In this document: piece after piece, positions 61,930-64,000 of the stretch
How the letters are laid out: each line of letters begins with the position of its first letter
How positions within the stretch are numbered: position 1 is the first letter of the stretch
Assembly: GCF_964213995.1 (NCBI RefSeq)
Contig: NW_027590138.1
Coordinates: forward strand, 434,001-498,000
DNA from: Mustelus asterias
Taxonomy: Eukaryota
Length of the DNA stretch: 64,000 bases
Direction of reading: 5' to 3'
Notes under the pieces: model-generated
The model's database searches: none
What the model saw: the letters and a program-made list of their open reading frames with translations, nothing else
Told to the model about the DNA's origin: nothing
Translations under genes and position numbers: made by a program

Positions 61930-62610
61930 CTTATTATCTAAATGGACAGAGACTTAGGGATGCTCCGGTGCAGAGGGGTCTGGGTGTCCTCATTCATGAG
62001 TCACAGAAAACTAGCATGCAGGTACAACAGATAATAAAGAAAGCAAATGGAATGTTGGCATTTAGAGTTAAAGAATAGATTATAAATGTAAGGAAGTATT
62101 GTTGCAACTATACAAGGCATTGGTGAGGCCGCACCTGGAGTATTGTTCACAGGTTTGGTCTCCTTATTTGAGGAAAGATGTTGTGGCATTGGAGGCAGTT
62201 CAGAGGAGGTTCACCAGATTGATTCCAGAGATGAGGGGTTTGTTGTATGAAGAGAGATTGAACAGTTTAGGCCGATACTATCTGGTATTTAGAAGAATGA
62301 GGGGAGATCAAATTGAGGTTTACAAGACGGTAAAAGGTATGGATAAAGTTGACGTGGAGTGGATGCTTCCTCTTGTGGGGGATTCTAGGATGAGAGATCA
62401 TAGTCTGAGGATAAGGTTGAGGAGAAACTACGACTCCCAAGGGATTGTGAATCTGTGGAATTCGCTCCCCCAAAGTGCGGTGGATGCTGGGACAGTGAGT
62501 AAATTTGAGGAGTTAGACAGATTTTTAATTGATAATGGGATGAAGGGTTATGGAGAGAAGGCAGGAAAATGGGGATGAGGAGCATATCAGCAATGATCGA
62601 ATGGCAGAGT
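61930..62610 (+). mobile_element. CR1 3' fragment
   Basis: [13 protein letters not shown]...AVQRRFTRLIP motifs. Confidence 0.88.
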
Positions 62611-62624
62611 TAGTTACACCACTT

Positions 62625-62915
62625 AGAACCATAGAAAAGTTATAGCACAAAAGGAGGTCATTTGGCCCATCTTGTCCATGCCAGCCCGAGGACACCCCGT
62701 TGCCCTTTCTAATCCCACCTCCTGCACCCGGCCAATAGCTCAGTAGCTGGCAGCACTTAAGGTGCAGATCCAGGTACATTTTAAAAGAGTTTAGGGTCTC
62801 TGCCTCCACCACCACCTCAGGCAGCAAATTCCAGTCACCCACCACCCTCTGCATAAAAAAGTTTTTTCTCATGTCCCCTCTACACCTACTGCCACTTATC
62901 TTGAATCTGTGTCCT
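62625..62915 (-). mobile_element. CR1 3' tail fragment
   Basis: RKNFFMQRVV.. and TTCTATGGTTCTA tail on the minus strand. Confidence 0.8.
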
Positions 62916-64000
62916 CGGTCCGAGAAACATATCACATCTGCACACTCACACCGGTATCCCAAAATAATGGGTCCATGTGCTGTCTAAGACAGTCACTCAA
63001 ATTTTCAAGTGATATTAAGGTGGTCTCTCTATGAAGATGTTTGCTTATCTCTCTCTTTGGTTCCAATAGTTTCTTCCTTCAGGTAGTGGCCAGATTATCA
63101 GATTCAGTTTTGATTTTAAGTTCACAAGCAAGAATACAAACATCTCCAAGGGAAAACTATTACTTGTCTCATCTCCACTTTCCTAACTTCACTAGAATGT
63201 ACGTGGATATCCAGTTCGTCTGTTCCATTGAACGAGTCCCAGAGTGAATTATTCCAAATCCCAATCGCTGGTGTGAATTTTTTCCATCTTTGATTCCAAA
63301 TGGGGCTTCCCATTCTGTCTGTTTCAGGAGACTGCGGAAACTTTACTGTCCAGTTAGACTCTCACACAATGGTGTAATTGAGATCAGAGACAGATGTATC
63401 AGTTTGGGGGGGGGGGGGGGAACACTCAAATCTCCCGTTCCCAGGAATTCTGTCTTAAATGACAACAAATCAGATGAAATAAAATCTTCAAAAACAGAAT
63501 CTTTGGATTAAATTGTCACCGTGCTGCCTGATCGTAAAAGGGTGAAGCAAATGCTCACAAGTATGCACAATTGTGTCAATTTGATTCTCAGGTCAAAAAT
63601 GAACCTATCACCATTTCGATCTTATTTTGCCCAAATGTTTTTTTTGTTTTTCTTCAAGTGTCTTTCCAAATAACTGGTATAACTCAAGAAAAAATAAACC
63701 AAAAAAGGTACCTCTTCAACCTTCTTAGACGAAAGAGTTAAAGAGGGTAGACCCTCTCACAGCTTGTGAGTTTCGAGACAAAACTTCAAAGCTGAAGTTG
63801 ATTTTCAGGGAATCAAACATTTTCGCACCTTTTCCAATTGTACAAGTAAATTGTGATTCACTTTCAGGTTCACTTTCACTCAGTAATTAGAACATTTCAC
63901 TTTTCTCAGCACGGGAGCTGGCAGCATTTTAGATTCAATACCAATTGTTCACTTCTCTTGTCACTGGTGTGTGGAGAAGATCATGTTCGCTGCAGATCTG

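Noticed and set aside
62940-64000. Short ORFs in unexplained terminal kb
   Set aside because: No recognisable motif or homology within the window.

Overview
Eukaryotic, repeat-rich genomic DNA, very probably from an elasmobranch (shark). This is inferred from HE1-type tRNA-derived SINEs sharing 3' tails with CR1/HER1-type LINEs, abundant Penelope-like termini, and MEKPWKC-type C2H2 genes. The window is a cluster of seven tandem C2H2 zinc-finger arrays with no KRAB exon seen: 4 with intact ORFs and 3 disrupted. The cluster was built by large inverted segmental duplications and has four CpG-rich NRF1/CCAAT/CRE/YY1 promoter-like regions. Embedded at about 29.4-39.3 kb is an island of T-cell-receptor alpha/delta-type V gene segments with leader exons and 23-bp-spacer RSSs: one fully intact, two pseudogenes with RSS, and one or two relics. 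No D, J or C segment is visible. Other notable items: Penelope-derived termini carrying minimal hammerhead ribozymes, including a 287-bp tandem retrozyme-like array and a 214-bp palindromic unit with a 14-bp TSD; a doubled U2 snRNA 5' head with an octamer inserted; a tRNA-Pro 5' fragment with a 17-nt insert at the canonical intron site; a CRE-bearing 28-bp minisatellite beside a bidirectional promoter; a two-template local insertion; and an in-frame CR1-in-CR1 nesting. There is one 150-N gap. All calls are by eye, with no database searches, and repeat boundaries are approximate.
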